A stretch of 64,000 nt of DNA from Lingula anatina (lineage: Eukaryota; Animalia; Brachiopoda). The position numbers and the translations under genes are program-made. Below the pieces are notes generated by a model that was given only the letters and a program-made list of their open reading frames with translations, was not told the origin of the DNA and ran no database searches. Shown one piece after another: positions 51,401-62,576 of this stretch (position 1 is its first letter; each line of letters opens with the position of its first letter). Location: positions 13,330,001 to 13,394,000 of the forward strand of contig CM120645.1 in the NCBI GenBank assembly GCA_051362555.1, in the 5' to 3' direction.

Positions 51401-54400
51401 TCATTTCATTTATTTTTATATTATATATTTATCTTTATGTGCATTTTCACTAGCGTTTTTGCAATAGTGGAACATGTAGCTACAAATCCACTCAAGACAA
51501 AATCAATAACACCTGTAGGCGTTATAAGTTTAAAAAAAAATCACGCTATATTTTAAATTCAAATGTATATTCAAATTATCAAGAAACACGATGCATACAA
51601 TCCAATGTCCTTATAGTTCTAATAGACAAGAATACAATGAAACCTAATAAACTTAAATATTCTCAAATGATCGACTTGTAACTTACCACAAACTTCACTA
51701 TCTTTTGCGTAAAATGAAGGGTTGCATATGCATCTTCCTCCGCTACACATCGCATTGGGGTCCTTGCACACACCCTGTCTGTTCGATGGGCAAGTTTTGT
51801 TGAGATTTACAAGCGGCCCTTCAGGAGATAACCAAATATCGATAAACATATCAATTTAAGTAATCTTAGTACTTAGACGTTTATATAGCAAGTGCAATTA
51901 AGCAAGAATTCTCAAGGCATTGGAACAATCTTATCTTAATTCCTTACGTATATTCTATCAAAACCATTGAGAAAAATTAAATTTTAATCCTCACGCACAT
52001 TTTGTAAACTGTGTATGTGTTGACAAAATAGGACTGTATTCATATAGCCTACTTACTGCACCATAAATAAGGCTCGCTGACTAAGTAGGTGCCGTTCTTG
52101 CAATTGCACGTGTTGTTAAAGCATACAGCATTTATATCCAAACACTCTTCTGTCGATTGACACAATTGGTTGAAGTCAACCTTAGGAACTGCAAAATCAA
52201 TCATTCGAAATTTTACACAATTAAAAAAAAGAGAAAAGTCACAAATGTACCACGTAGAAGTGTAAATTACTAAGATATACACATCGTCTTATTGAGAAAC
52301 ATTTTCTTACCGCAAATATCTTCCCTCCGTGCAAATCCAGTGTTACAAGTACAGTTACCACCGTTACAGGCAGCATTGGTGTCGTTGCATACGTCGAACC
52401 CGTGTTCAGAGGTACAATTCTGTCCAACGAGAGATTTGGGCACTAAGTTAAAGAGATCAACATTGCATCAATGAAACATGTTTGGCATAGTCTATAATAA
52501 AGTTGAAAACAGAAAATTTCGATGCAATTATTTTGACTAAATTATTGATATTATACATTGAAAACTGGGAAAAGCATATGATCTTACAGCAAGTCCATGG
52601 TTTCGTTATATTTGGTTTGTGTTTATAGAAGCCAAGCAGACAACTACAGCTGCCCGCAATGCAGGATGCGTTCGTTGTTCTACATTCTTGTTCTCCGTCT
52701 CCATCGCAATGTTTTCCCAGGTCTTTCTTCATTTCTAAAAGATACAAAACCATTAGTGATGTAAAATACAACAATGTTTGTAGTTCAAAGGCGGGTAATG
52801 ACAAAACGGAGAAAGCCATTAAAACTACGCCCCTTTTCTTACTAGCTGTTAAAAGAAATAAAACAAACTTCCAAAAAGTCCAACTGAATATAGAAATGAA
52901 GTTGAGAGTCTAACAGTTTAGATTTGCATTCTGACCGCCAATCTGGAGTTGGTGATACTAGTAATTAGGCGAGAGAGAGAGAGAGAGAGAGAGAGAATAC
53001 TCACTACAAGAGTCAGTTTCTTTATGGCGGTAAGCCGTGTCATTACATTCACACCTTCCTCCCAAACACCGAGTATTTGGTACACTACTACATGAACTGT
53101 CCACAGAGCAAGGCGACCCAATCACGACTTAAATTAAGAAACAATGATTTTAGCATATTAAAAATAGGCTTTTATAAATTATATAAAACTGGGAACTCTT
53201 CTTTTAAAATATTGTACAGGTGATCCATACGTACAGGGAATGTTGATCAAATGAGGCCTAACTCAATGTTACAAGAGCATGTTAATTTTGCATGTTGTCA
53301 CAAGGGAAATTAAAAATAAAATAAAAAATGCTAATCTAAACTTCTATATCTTTTAACATGAATAAAGAAGCAATATCAGGTACTAAAGCTATGTAGAACA
53401 GTACCATACATGAACCTACCTTTCTCGCACATCTCCAAGCTGCTGTTGTAGAATCCTGACTGACACTGACAGATATTGGCTTTACACGTGCTATTCCTGA
53501 TAGTATTACTGCACTTGGCACTGTCATTGCAGTGTGTTCCTAAAGTCACTGTTGGTGAGTAAAAGAAATGAATTTACGAAATAATGTTCGTTCAAGCGGG
53601 AAATATATTTCAGTTTTTTGAACGTACAACTGCGATCTTTCAAACTTATAACTTGATAGTCTGAGGGGAATTTGTAATTTATAAAGATGCAATACCTGGG
53701 AATCGTATATTTTTTGGTATTTTCACCGAAGAGTTTATATTCACCTTTTACACATTCCTTTAACGTCTCATTAAAAACCCTATCTCGCAAACGCACGTTA
53801 GATACTACTGGTCATAGGACATCTTCAGCAAAGTTTACTTTCTTAAGTAAAGCTAGCAAAGGTTGTTTACCTTTTAAACATTCATACAACGTCTCGTTGA
53901 AATATCCTTTCTTACAGACGCACGTGTCTGTTTCAAAATCACAGTGGCTATGATTTACAGCTGTTGGACAGAAGCCCACATTGCCAACCACACACGGTGT
54001 ACCAAGCAGCACTATTAATAAAATTAAAATAAAGTTTTCAATCAAAGTCCAGAATAAACTAAAAGAAAGTAGTGACATTGTTCTAAAACACAACATATAT
54101 TCAAGCCGTTTCTACGTGGAACCGATACCTTATTCACAATATCTTTAAAATATAAAACACTTTCAAGTTTAGAATATCTAACAGTCTACAGTTTACTTTT
54201 AATACGTTTATATCTCTGTAGTAAAAACCGTAAGTAAGTTGCAAAAATTTTTGACAGAGAATGACACAAATAAATCTTTTTAGTCAGAAGAAATACCTTC
54301 CTTGCACGCATGCTCCCCTTCCTCAGCGTAGTATCCACGTAGACAAGAGCATTTCTTGTTCTCACAAATGGTGTTGTTCACTCTGCTACAGTCGGTATCA

Positions 54401-56687
54401 TTTTGGCACTCGAGACCAACGACTTGGGCTTAGGTTAAGGGAAGGAAATTTAATACCACATGTGTTTGTGCAATAAGACCATTGTAGGTGATACAATAGG
54501 CCTATACGAAGAAAGTAATTGCTTCTCATTCACTGTGTTAAATTATGATCTACCAACGATTTCGGCTAAACTAATGAAAATTGCTATTTAAATACATTAA
54601 GGTTTGAGCAATTAGACCACTGTAGGTGATGTAAGATGTAATTTGAAAAAGGTAACTGCCCCGCAATTGCCATGTTAAATAGTTTGTCTACAACAATGAC
54701 AATCACATTAACAAAAGTAAAATACCATGAAAATTGTAATCAAAACGTCGGAATGTAAAATATAATGCATTTTGGAGTTTCCGAGATATTCTTACCCCTG
54801 CTGCAGTTCTTCCCAGCTTCTTTCCCGTAGAAACCTGACTTGCACTGACATCTACCGTTCAGACACCGACTGTCACTAATCGCAGACTGACACAGGAATG
54901 TATCAATGGTGTTGTTGCAGAACGTGCCAATCACCGTTTCTAAATGACAATTTGAATTTTATTTAGTGACATATTTTCCAAAAGTTTCAGAATTGGCAAA
55001 TGAGATTCTGTCGTACAGCTATACTCTCATAATTAATTTTGAAACAGCTGTTTGTTTTATTCACAGCCAGAAAGCACTTGCATAAATTAACAATCTTCTA
55101 AGAGTCACAAACGATGTTCATGGTTACAGACGATCAGAGCCGTGTCACTTACCATTTTTGCAGGTTAAAGAACCTGGCGCCCCATAGGATCCATGTGGAC
55201 ACACACATGTGCCCAATTCCCATATACTGGCTCTTTGACATATTAGTTTCACTGAATCTGTGTTATACTGGTTGCATAGATCATTGCCCATGCAACCTTT
55301 TAGCCCTACTCCTGCCTCTAGAATACAATGCAATGCAATGAATGATAAAAACTAACATGTCCTCTCATAACACTGCATCACAGCAACCTCAATTAACCCA
55401 GAAAAAATGAGTCAATATGTAATACTCAAAAATCTTATATAAAATGAAAATCAAAACATTCGGGTTAGATTACTGATCAATCATGGAACCATCAGTATAC
55501 ATAATGTGGTGATCATAACTTACTTATAATACATTCTCTGTCTCCATTAGTCCCATGATAAGGATATCTACATCTACAGACACCTCGAGACCCGGTTTTC
55601 GTACAGTAACTGTATTCTGTTCGTAACTTTTCCCGGCAGAAATCAACAGATGTGCAAGTCATTCCAACTTTTGAACGAGCTAAAATAGAATTATTAAAAT
55701 GACGACTTAATGTATTAAAATAATCTACAATGTGGTTGTCATTTTCCATTTTGAGTTTTCAGTGTTTATGTGGGTATGGATAATCAGCGGTAATATATTT
55801 TCATTTTACTTAATTCGAGAGGAGGACCATTCATTAGGGAATTTTACTCATAATATTGGACGATTCTGAAATCTTGAATTTTACCAAAGAAAAAAGAAAA
55901 TAAGAAAATAGATAAAAATGCAAAGTAAAAGGGATAATATCAAGTCAAAGTCTTCAATTTACAAATCTTGATTCCACTGTCAGAAAAAATCTCCATAAGA
56001 AGCACTTACTATTCTTACAGAGAGAGTCCCTTCCCTCTGTAGCATAAAATCCTTCACTTGCACAGCGGCACCGGAATCCAATACACGCCCATTGAGAGGT
56101 GCCGTTCACACAGTCAGTGTCATTTTGACAAAATGTGCCCACCACTTGTTCTGAAATATAAACAGAAACCGCTAATATTTCATCTGGGGAAATAGTCCAG
56201 CCGGAGTAATATTTCTTTGAAGAATTCAAAATTTGGGTACTACATTATTCAGACCTTTATTTGTATTTTAGTTTGGTATATAACAGGACCAAAGTACTGT
56301 TGTAAGTTCAAATTGTTTTAACATCTTAAAAGATGAAAAGAAGGTAAGTTATTTCAGTGATAACACTCAACACTACTGCGCAAGCTCATATGGCGACATG
56401 TACATGTAAATAAGTGCCCTTTTGCTTATCTTAAAAGTAAGTATCGTTCTTTATTTTCTAACGAATTACTATATTTTTAGTTGTAATAATTTGCAAAGGC
56501 TACCCTAGCTTTTATATGCTTAAGTACCATAATGGTTATTTACCCTTTTCACAAACTCTAGCATCGTAAGGTGCATAGTAGCCTCTTTCACATCTGCAAA
56601 GTCCTTCTAAACAAACGCCGTTGGTGATGTTGCAGTCAAGCTCCGTGCTACAACCCAGCCGTTCCACACCTTTTATAACATCTTCTC
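43356..56687 (-). CDS. Single-pass membrane glycoprotein: 20 EB-like six-Cys modules, 2 EGF, SEA, 2 EGF, TM, Tyr-motif cytoplasmic tail (at least 1370 aa; N-terminus incomplete)
   Basis: Phase 1-1 Cys-module exons: 56687-56544, 56150-56010, 55679-55524, 55317-55153, 54939-54796, 54428-54297, 54011-53871, 53548-53420, 53127-53005, 52734-52588, 52442-52311, 52188-52057, 51818-51687, 50217-50092, 49874-49737, 49409-49284, 49142-49002, 48597-48457, 48202-48074, 47804-47679. EGF: 47343-47221 and 46816-46697. SEA: 46416-46289 + 46034-45794 (WNPALEDTSSQAFKDMA..LSKGSI). EGF: 45606-45463 and 45210-45144 + 44869-44826. TM and tail: 44538-44216, 43968-43867, 43442-43356. All GT-AG and in frame; the last exon is the least certain. 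Confidence 0.88.
47942..47997. repeat. Compound (AC)n(AG)n microsatellite
   Basis: Direct reading. Confidence 0.95.
48372..48415. repeat. Poly(T) run
   Basis: About 44 consecutive T. Confidence 0.9.
53745..53805 (-). pseudogene. Decayed half-exon, duplicate of the 3' half of EB exon 54011-53871
   Basis: Reads TCVCEIGF(1-nt loss)NETLKECVK with donor G|GTGAAT, against TCVCKKGYFNETLYECLK in the neighbouring exon. Confidence 0.75.
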
Positions 56688-56784
56688 CTTGAATAAAAGG
56701 GATTTCGTATGTAATAAACCAACATAAATATACTGAGCCAAAATATACAAGAACAAAGAAAAAATATATATATTAAAGAAATTT

Positions 56785-56895
56785 ATTTGTGCACACAATG
56801 GACAATAGAAGTGTCTCCCCTACTGAACCAATACTTTGGGGGAGATAAATGACTGTGGAATGATATGCTCCTGGTATCATTTTATTAACATCAAA

Positions 56896-56940
<45 letters not shown>

Positions 56941-57060
56941 AATGTAGACCAGGCATTATAACTACTCAAGATCTGCCTACTTTGATTATTGATAACTTGT
57001 TTAAAATTTGTTACTCTGATTCAGGGGTGACTTTTCTATTGTCCATTATGTGTATGTAAA
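56785..57060. mobile_element. MITE-like element with about 35-bp imperfect TIRs and an internal (CA)n tract
   Basis: CACAATGGACAATAGAAGTGTCTCCCC (from about 56794) is inverted relative to GGGGTGACTTTTCTATTGTCCATTATG (about 57024-57050). (CA)n at about 56899-56938. Confidence 0.55.
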
Positions 57061-57064
57061 TGTC

Positions 57065-57230
57065 TACAATGTATGGCCAGTAATAACAGTAAACATTCCT
57101 TAACAACTAAACGTTTTTTTGTGATCTTTACTCTCAATTTGAAATCAATAGTTCCGGTCGTTCCACGTCTTTTATTACGTTTTTCCTTGAATAAAATGGG
57201 TTCCGTATGTAATAAATCAACATAAAATAC
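57065..57230 (-). pseudogene. Degenerate duplicate of EB exon 56687-56544 and its acceptor
   Basis: The acceptor flank GAATAAAA.GG.TT.CGTATGTAATAAA.CAACATAAA occurs at 56691 and 57189. The downstream sequence aligns with the exon (AAAAG..GTGGAACG..) but has stops in that frame and has lost the cysteines. Confidence 0.6.
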
Positions 57231-59698
57231 AATATGCTGTAAGCATAATAACTGTTGTGAAAGGATAAAATGTGTGATTGATATCAATATTTTGTTGATT
57301 TTTTCAGCGCTAAACTGACTGAATGGAGAAATACAAAGTATAATACCAATAAATGCCGTAGTATAGGAGTATAGGATGCCGTAGTATAGGACAGTAGAGA
57401 AGCAAAATGTGAACCATTTAATCAAGCATTTAATCAGAACTAGTCATAGCAACAAAGTGATAAACTCAAAAGCTTCATTTAAAAAAGACATGAATTCCAC
57501 TCGTTCATAGATTTTAGAAAACGACCGCAAATCCTACAGAAGTAATTTATACATAGGACAACCTACCGTCGCTCTTCACCATGATTATCAAAAAAGTCAC
57601 ACTGATTATCAAAAAAGCTGATATAAACTTGATTGTATTCATGGCAACAAGCGTCTATTGAGTCTTGAGGGCTCTGCAATATAATGAAAGTTAAGAAACT
57701 GATATGTAGCTTTGTCACACAATACCATCTGAAATACTGGTTTAATCTACACATATACAACTCGAAAAGGGTTGCCCCTGTCTACATAGACGTATTTCAG
57801 AAGAAATGCTTTTATAGAACCTGTAGTACATAAGGTGCGTGTGTGAAGTTATCAAATTGGATTGCAAAAAAACAAAAACAAAACATTTATTATTATACCT
57901 GGAGGACCTGAATGTTTGAATACATAGAAACCAACCAAACCATAAAAATTTCTTAGGACAATCTGTCATTTTTTGAAGTTGACGTTTGATAAGGATATCG
58001 ACTTTTTGATAAAATGACGTTTTTATTAGTACTGCTTAGAGCTATAATACTGCACGCCAAACGCCGGTCTTAAGGTAAACCTGTTTGGATCAAAAATGTT
58101 TCATCAGATCTCTAAATCATTTAATCGGTGATTTAATGGCTGAGGCGAGGATCTTTGTAGACTGGTATTCATTGGAAGCAACCCCAACCCCCGCACGCCT
58201 TCTGACCTTGGACCTGTTCTCGTTCTGACGTAACATGAGTTGATAACGAGGAGTGTTCCAAGAATTGGCTGGAGCTGCTTTTAATGTGTGCTAATGTCTA
58301 TGGAAAAGAGTAGGCATCTCTTTACAATGCTTAATATAAGAAAACATATATAGAAAATATCATGTAATGAAGTAGTGGTGAACTGAAAAGAAAAAACAAA
58401 AAAAAAACAATAAACCAATAGCCTCTTGTGCGTGCGAATATATCTAAAGATACCAATGAAAATATACTGTATATAAATCAATGTTAGACAGCGTCTACAA
58501 ACAAGTGGGATTTGATAAGAGGACATATATCAAACATAATGAAATTCCAAGTGCTTGGGAGCAGGGGTACACGCGTTTTTTCCGTTACCTGCCTGGGTGA
58601 GAAACGTCTCTACACTAATCATGGCCACGCCAAATCACATTAGCCCACTATTACTGTTTCATTAAGACCCTGATAAGAAGCTCCCCCCTCGCGTATTTGG
58701 AACGCATTTTGTTCTTTTGTCATTATAAAAAGGCCAGGTGAATTATTAGTTACTTGAAATACCGCTATCACATCTCGGTCTTAACAGAATGATTTAAGTC
58801 AAAGGGCGAATTATCAATGGATTATTTGCACTGCTGCGCAGGCATGTCTTATCTACAAAATTCTGCGTTTTTATAAAAGATGTAATAACCGCAAAATTGC
58901 AATGTTATCAATCTTTACGTGAAATGATAATCTGATACTTTTTGACGAAGTTGTTAATAATAAAAGGACCTTCCCCGATATAGATGCCAACGGGGCCTTA
59001 CATCATCCAAGTCTAACGTTATCGCTTATATTGGGATTAAGCGAGGCAATAGACAGTTACACAACAAGGTATACACGATATAGTCCCTTATCTTGGTGAC
59101 AGACACATGGGGAAGTGACACGTGGTGAAGATATTACGAATAAAAACAGGAACGAAATGAAACCAAGGGAACGAGACAAGAGCAAATACACCTGTATTTC
59201 TTCCCGATCGATCATGAGACCGCTCTGTTGAGTGATAGCAGTAATATTATATTGACATTCATACAAACATGCCTGTTAACTTGATCTTATTTTCGTTTTT
59301 AGTTTTTTTTTTTCGAAATACTTTTCGTGTAAAAAAACAGTTCGTTACTAATTGTGAAGAGTAACAGTGTCTGTGGGATAAAAATAATTTTTATGTGGCA
59401 ATTTATGAATAAAAAGAAAGATCGGGGGAGGGGGGAGAAGGCCAGAGTAAATGCTATAGATACATTAATAAAAATCTAATAAATAATTTTTCATAAATTG
59501 TTCTCTACTTGAACCTGAAGCATTTCATCGCTCACATCTTAAATACCGCATCTGAAATGCTTTTTAGTGACCATTTTTTGTACAGAAAATATAAAAAACG
59601 CACATGAATGGTTAAGAATTAATTGTAGTTACAAGATGAAAATATTTTCTTACTTTTAAACAACATACATGTTAAAAATGCTTCATCAATAAACCTAC

Positions 59699-59805
59699 CA
59701 CAACAATGACAAGATGTTTATGCTGGCAAATATAACCGGTGTATGCTTGGCTTGCAAATAGCCACAGTTAGAGTATCCACGATGGACATCACAGTGACCA
59801 TACAT
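59699..59805 (-). CDS. Candidate first coding exon of the EB-EGF-SEA protein
   Basis: MYGHCDVHRGYSNCGYLQAKHTPVIFASINILSLL with a hydrophobic end and donor TG|GTAGGT. Upstream there is an acceptor at about 59846, a donor AAG|GTAAGT at 59942 and a TATA-like TATTTAAA at 60075-60068. The link to exon 56687 is not resolved. Confidence 0.4.
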
Positions 59806-60270
59806 TATAACCAGTAGGTATTTGCCAATGATAATTATGGCAGAACTATCAATTTTATCTTCAATTTTCAAACGGCAAGGATGGGTGATAAACAGTGAAT
59901 ATGGAAATTCAATAAGATTCGATCTACATCTGTGTCACTTACCTTAATCCTAAACCGTAAAAAAATTGATAAAATAATGCAGTCAGTGGCTAGTAGACCT
60001 CTTGAGTTGGATGGCAAGACAGAGGCTTTCCCGATAAGACAGAAAAGGCGGCTTTGACAGCGCACGGTTTAAATAGTGCTTACTTATCACAGCGGGAGTC
60101 GACGAATGGGGTTTAAATGTTGAATGGCATCCCGATATCTCGGTTACAGCGTGTGATCGAAATCGGGATAAACAATCAGGCTACTTTAAGCACCTTCTGG
60201 AATTTAGGATAGCAGAACTATGGCAAAACAAAGCAATTGATTGTCACAATTTGACTTGCATATTTATTAT

Positions 60271-62235
60271 GATTACTATATTTTGATAAATTAGAAATGC
60301 TTGTTGTAAAATAATGAATTAAAGATAAAAAGAACAATAGAAATGGGCCCGGGGGATTCCTGCCCTTCCGAGGGCCTCTTTTGCCAGAGTGGTCCGTTTT
60401 ACGTCCTCTGAAAGGGCCCTTGTCTGCCAGGCCTCTAAATCTTGTATGATGGGCCTTTCACTCTCTCTCTCTCTCTGAGAGGGCCCTAGAATATCAGGCT
60501 CCACAAATCTGATATGAGAGGTCTTTCACTTTCTTTTAGTGGACCTCAGCGTTCTGAAATATTTGGGGCCTGCTTGCTCCATGCGAATTATGATTACGGT
60601 ATTTTGATAAAATAGAAATACCTGTTGTAAAATAATGAATTAAAGATAAAAAGAACAATTGAGATGGGCCCGGGGAATCTTACCCTTAAGAGGGCCTCTT
60701 TTGTCGGAGTGCTCCGTTTTACGTCCTCTAAAAGTGCCCTAGTCTGCCAGACCTCCAAATCTTGTATGAGGGACCCTTCAAGTCCTTTGAGAAGGCTCTT
60801 GTCTGCCACGCTCCCAAAACATGGTATTTTACTACCCTCTATCAGGGCCGCAGTTATTATTGTGGACATTTTTTTTTGCTGAATCGACATCAGACCAAAA
60901 TGACTGTCTGTTTATCTAGAGACGTATCTGTGAATATCTGTCGCCCTGGTAGAGGGTAGTAATTTACTTGTAGGCACAAAGTGGTCAGTATTGCGGTGGG
61001 TGTGCTGACCATTCACATCTACTGCACCTTATTTACATAACTGAACACTTTTTACGGTCACATCCTTCAGCGTGTGCACTGTGCTGTGGGTCAGTCTTGG
61101 TCAGTCTTCAGTAAGTCTCACAGTGATAGTGGCAGAATTTATTGGGAAGAAGCATATAATGGTGGGTGAAATATTTAGGTATATAATTTAATTATTTATA
61201 TAATGTATTTGTTGGCCATGTTCTAATGATGTAAATGCTAGTTTGGCCATGTAATGACTTTCATTGGTCAAGGATAGTAAGACGAGAATTCTTTAAGTGA
61301 ACTTGTGGTAATGCATTTCTCTTCAGTTTGGAAGGGAATATATTTCATAACTGAATAATACATGTATCTGTAGATAGCAGAAAAGATGTTTAAAGAAGGA
61401 GTTAATTTGTATGCATAACAATTAGTTGTAATTTGTGTTTTTTTGTTTTTAGTTCACGGCAGTGTCCGGCATTTAGGAGAAATAAAGGATTATGCCCGTT
61501 GACATGTGTCTTCTTAATTCTGTGGCCCCGATGATCTACATTACTTCCTCTGAGAAGGCCCCAGAATATCGGGTTCTACAAATCTGGTATAAGAGGTCTT
61601 TCACTTTGTTTTATTGGACCTCAGTCTTCGGTCTTCCCAAATCAGACATATTAGGGCCCACTTGCGCCATGTGAAAGGGACCCGTCTCGCTAAGGTAAGC
61701 TTATATATTGTACGATGAATATGTTAAACAAGTGAAAATGCTCAAAACACAAGAACCCAGCGCTAGAGCAGCATGGCACCTGAGTCAAGAAGCTGCGTTA
61801 GGTGTGCGATATTGATATAAAAATTGTTTTGTCTTGCAACGAGGTTTAATTCCACCGTGGTTCTTGTGGACAAGAATTGTCATAAATTTGCTCCTGAAGT
61901 CTTGAAGTCACTCTGCCTTGGTAAAACGGGCTTGGCATTATTTTTGGAATGATCTTTTTAAAGCAAGGGTCAGTAAGTCCATAGGTTATATTTTTCCAAG
62001 ACCCCGGTTCCTGGGGACACGAACCGCTTTCACTCCAGAAAACGGGTGCCCGACAGAGCAATACCCTCCCGAAGGAAGTTAAAGGGGACCTCATACCAGA
62101 TTAAGGGAACCCGGCAGGCTAGGACTCTCTCGAAGAAGTAAAAGGGAATTAAGGAATTTTGGGCCTGGCAATCGAAGCCTGGAGGCCCCATTACATTTCT
62201 TTTTCTTCTTTTATTTTTAATTAAAATATTTTGCT
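60271..62235. repeat. Complex GC-richer repeat: ~321-bp unit in tandem (60271, 60592), continuation at about 61548-61675, inverted diverged copy at about 62040-62235
   Basis: TGTTGTAAAATAATGAATTAAAGATAAAAAGAACAAT is present twice. CTGAGA(G/A)GGCCC..AGAATATC..ACAAATCTG..AGAGGTCTTTCACTTT occurs at about 60475 and 61550. A reverse-complement similarity lies near 62110-62235. Confidence 0.7.
60829..60962. mobile_element. Small MITE with 20-bp inverted termini
   Basis: TTACTACCCTCTATCAGGGC / GCCCTGGTAGAGGGTAGTAA, one mismatch, with TA at both ends. Confidence 0.7.
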
Positions 62236-62473
62236 TAAATAGCGTAAGCATTTTACTGCATATTAAAGTTTAAGATTGACAATTACTTTCCTTTGACATT
62301 CAAACGTCTCTTGACTTCTTGAATAATAGTTTTGCTATCCTATTTTCCTGATGGAGCTTAAAATAGCCTGGTCTAGTTAATGTCAAATTTGATCATACGC
62401 CAAAAACATGATATCAGTATGCCATTCATCATTTAAATAAGGTTCGCGGCCTCCCGCTGTGGCCAGGGAGCAG

Positions 62474-62576
62474 TATTTAAACCCCAAGTTGTTTAAGTTG
62501 CATTATTGTCTGTCAAACAAGACTGGTCGGAAAAAAAACTCACGAGGTGTATCAGCAGTTTAGAATTCAGGTAAGG
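62474..62576 (+). promoter_or_regulatory. Possible TATA box and non-coding first exon of a gene continuing beyond the window
   Basis: TATTTAAA at 62474-62481 after a GC-rich patch, and a strong donor CAG|GTAAGG at 62571. No coding exon was identified downstream. Confidence 0.3.
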
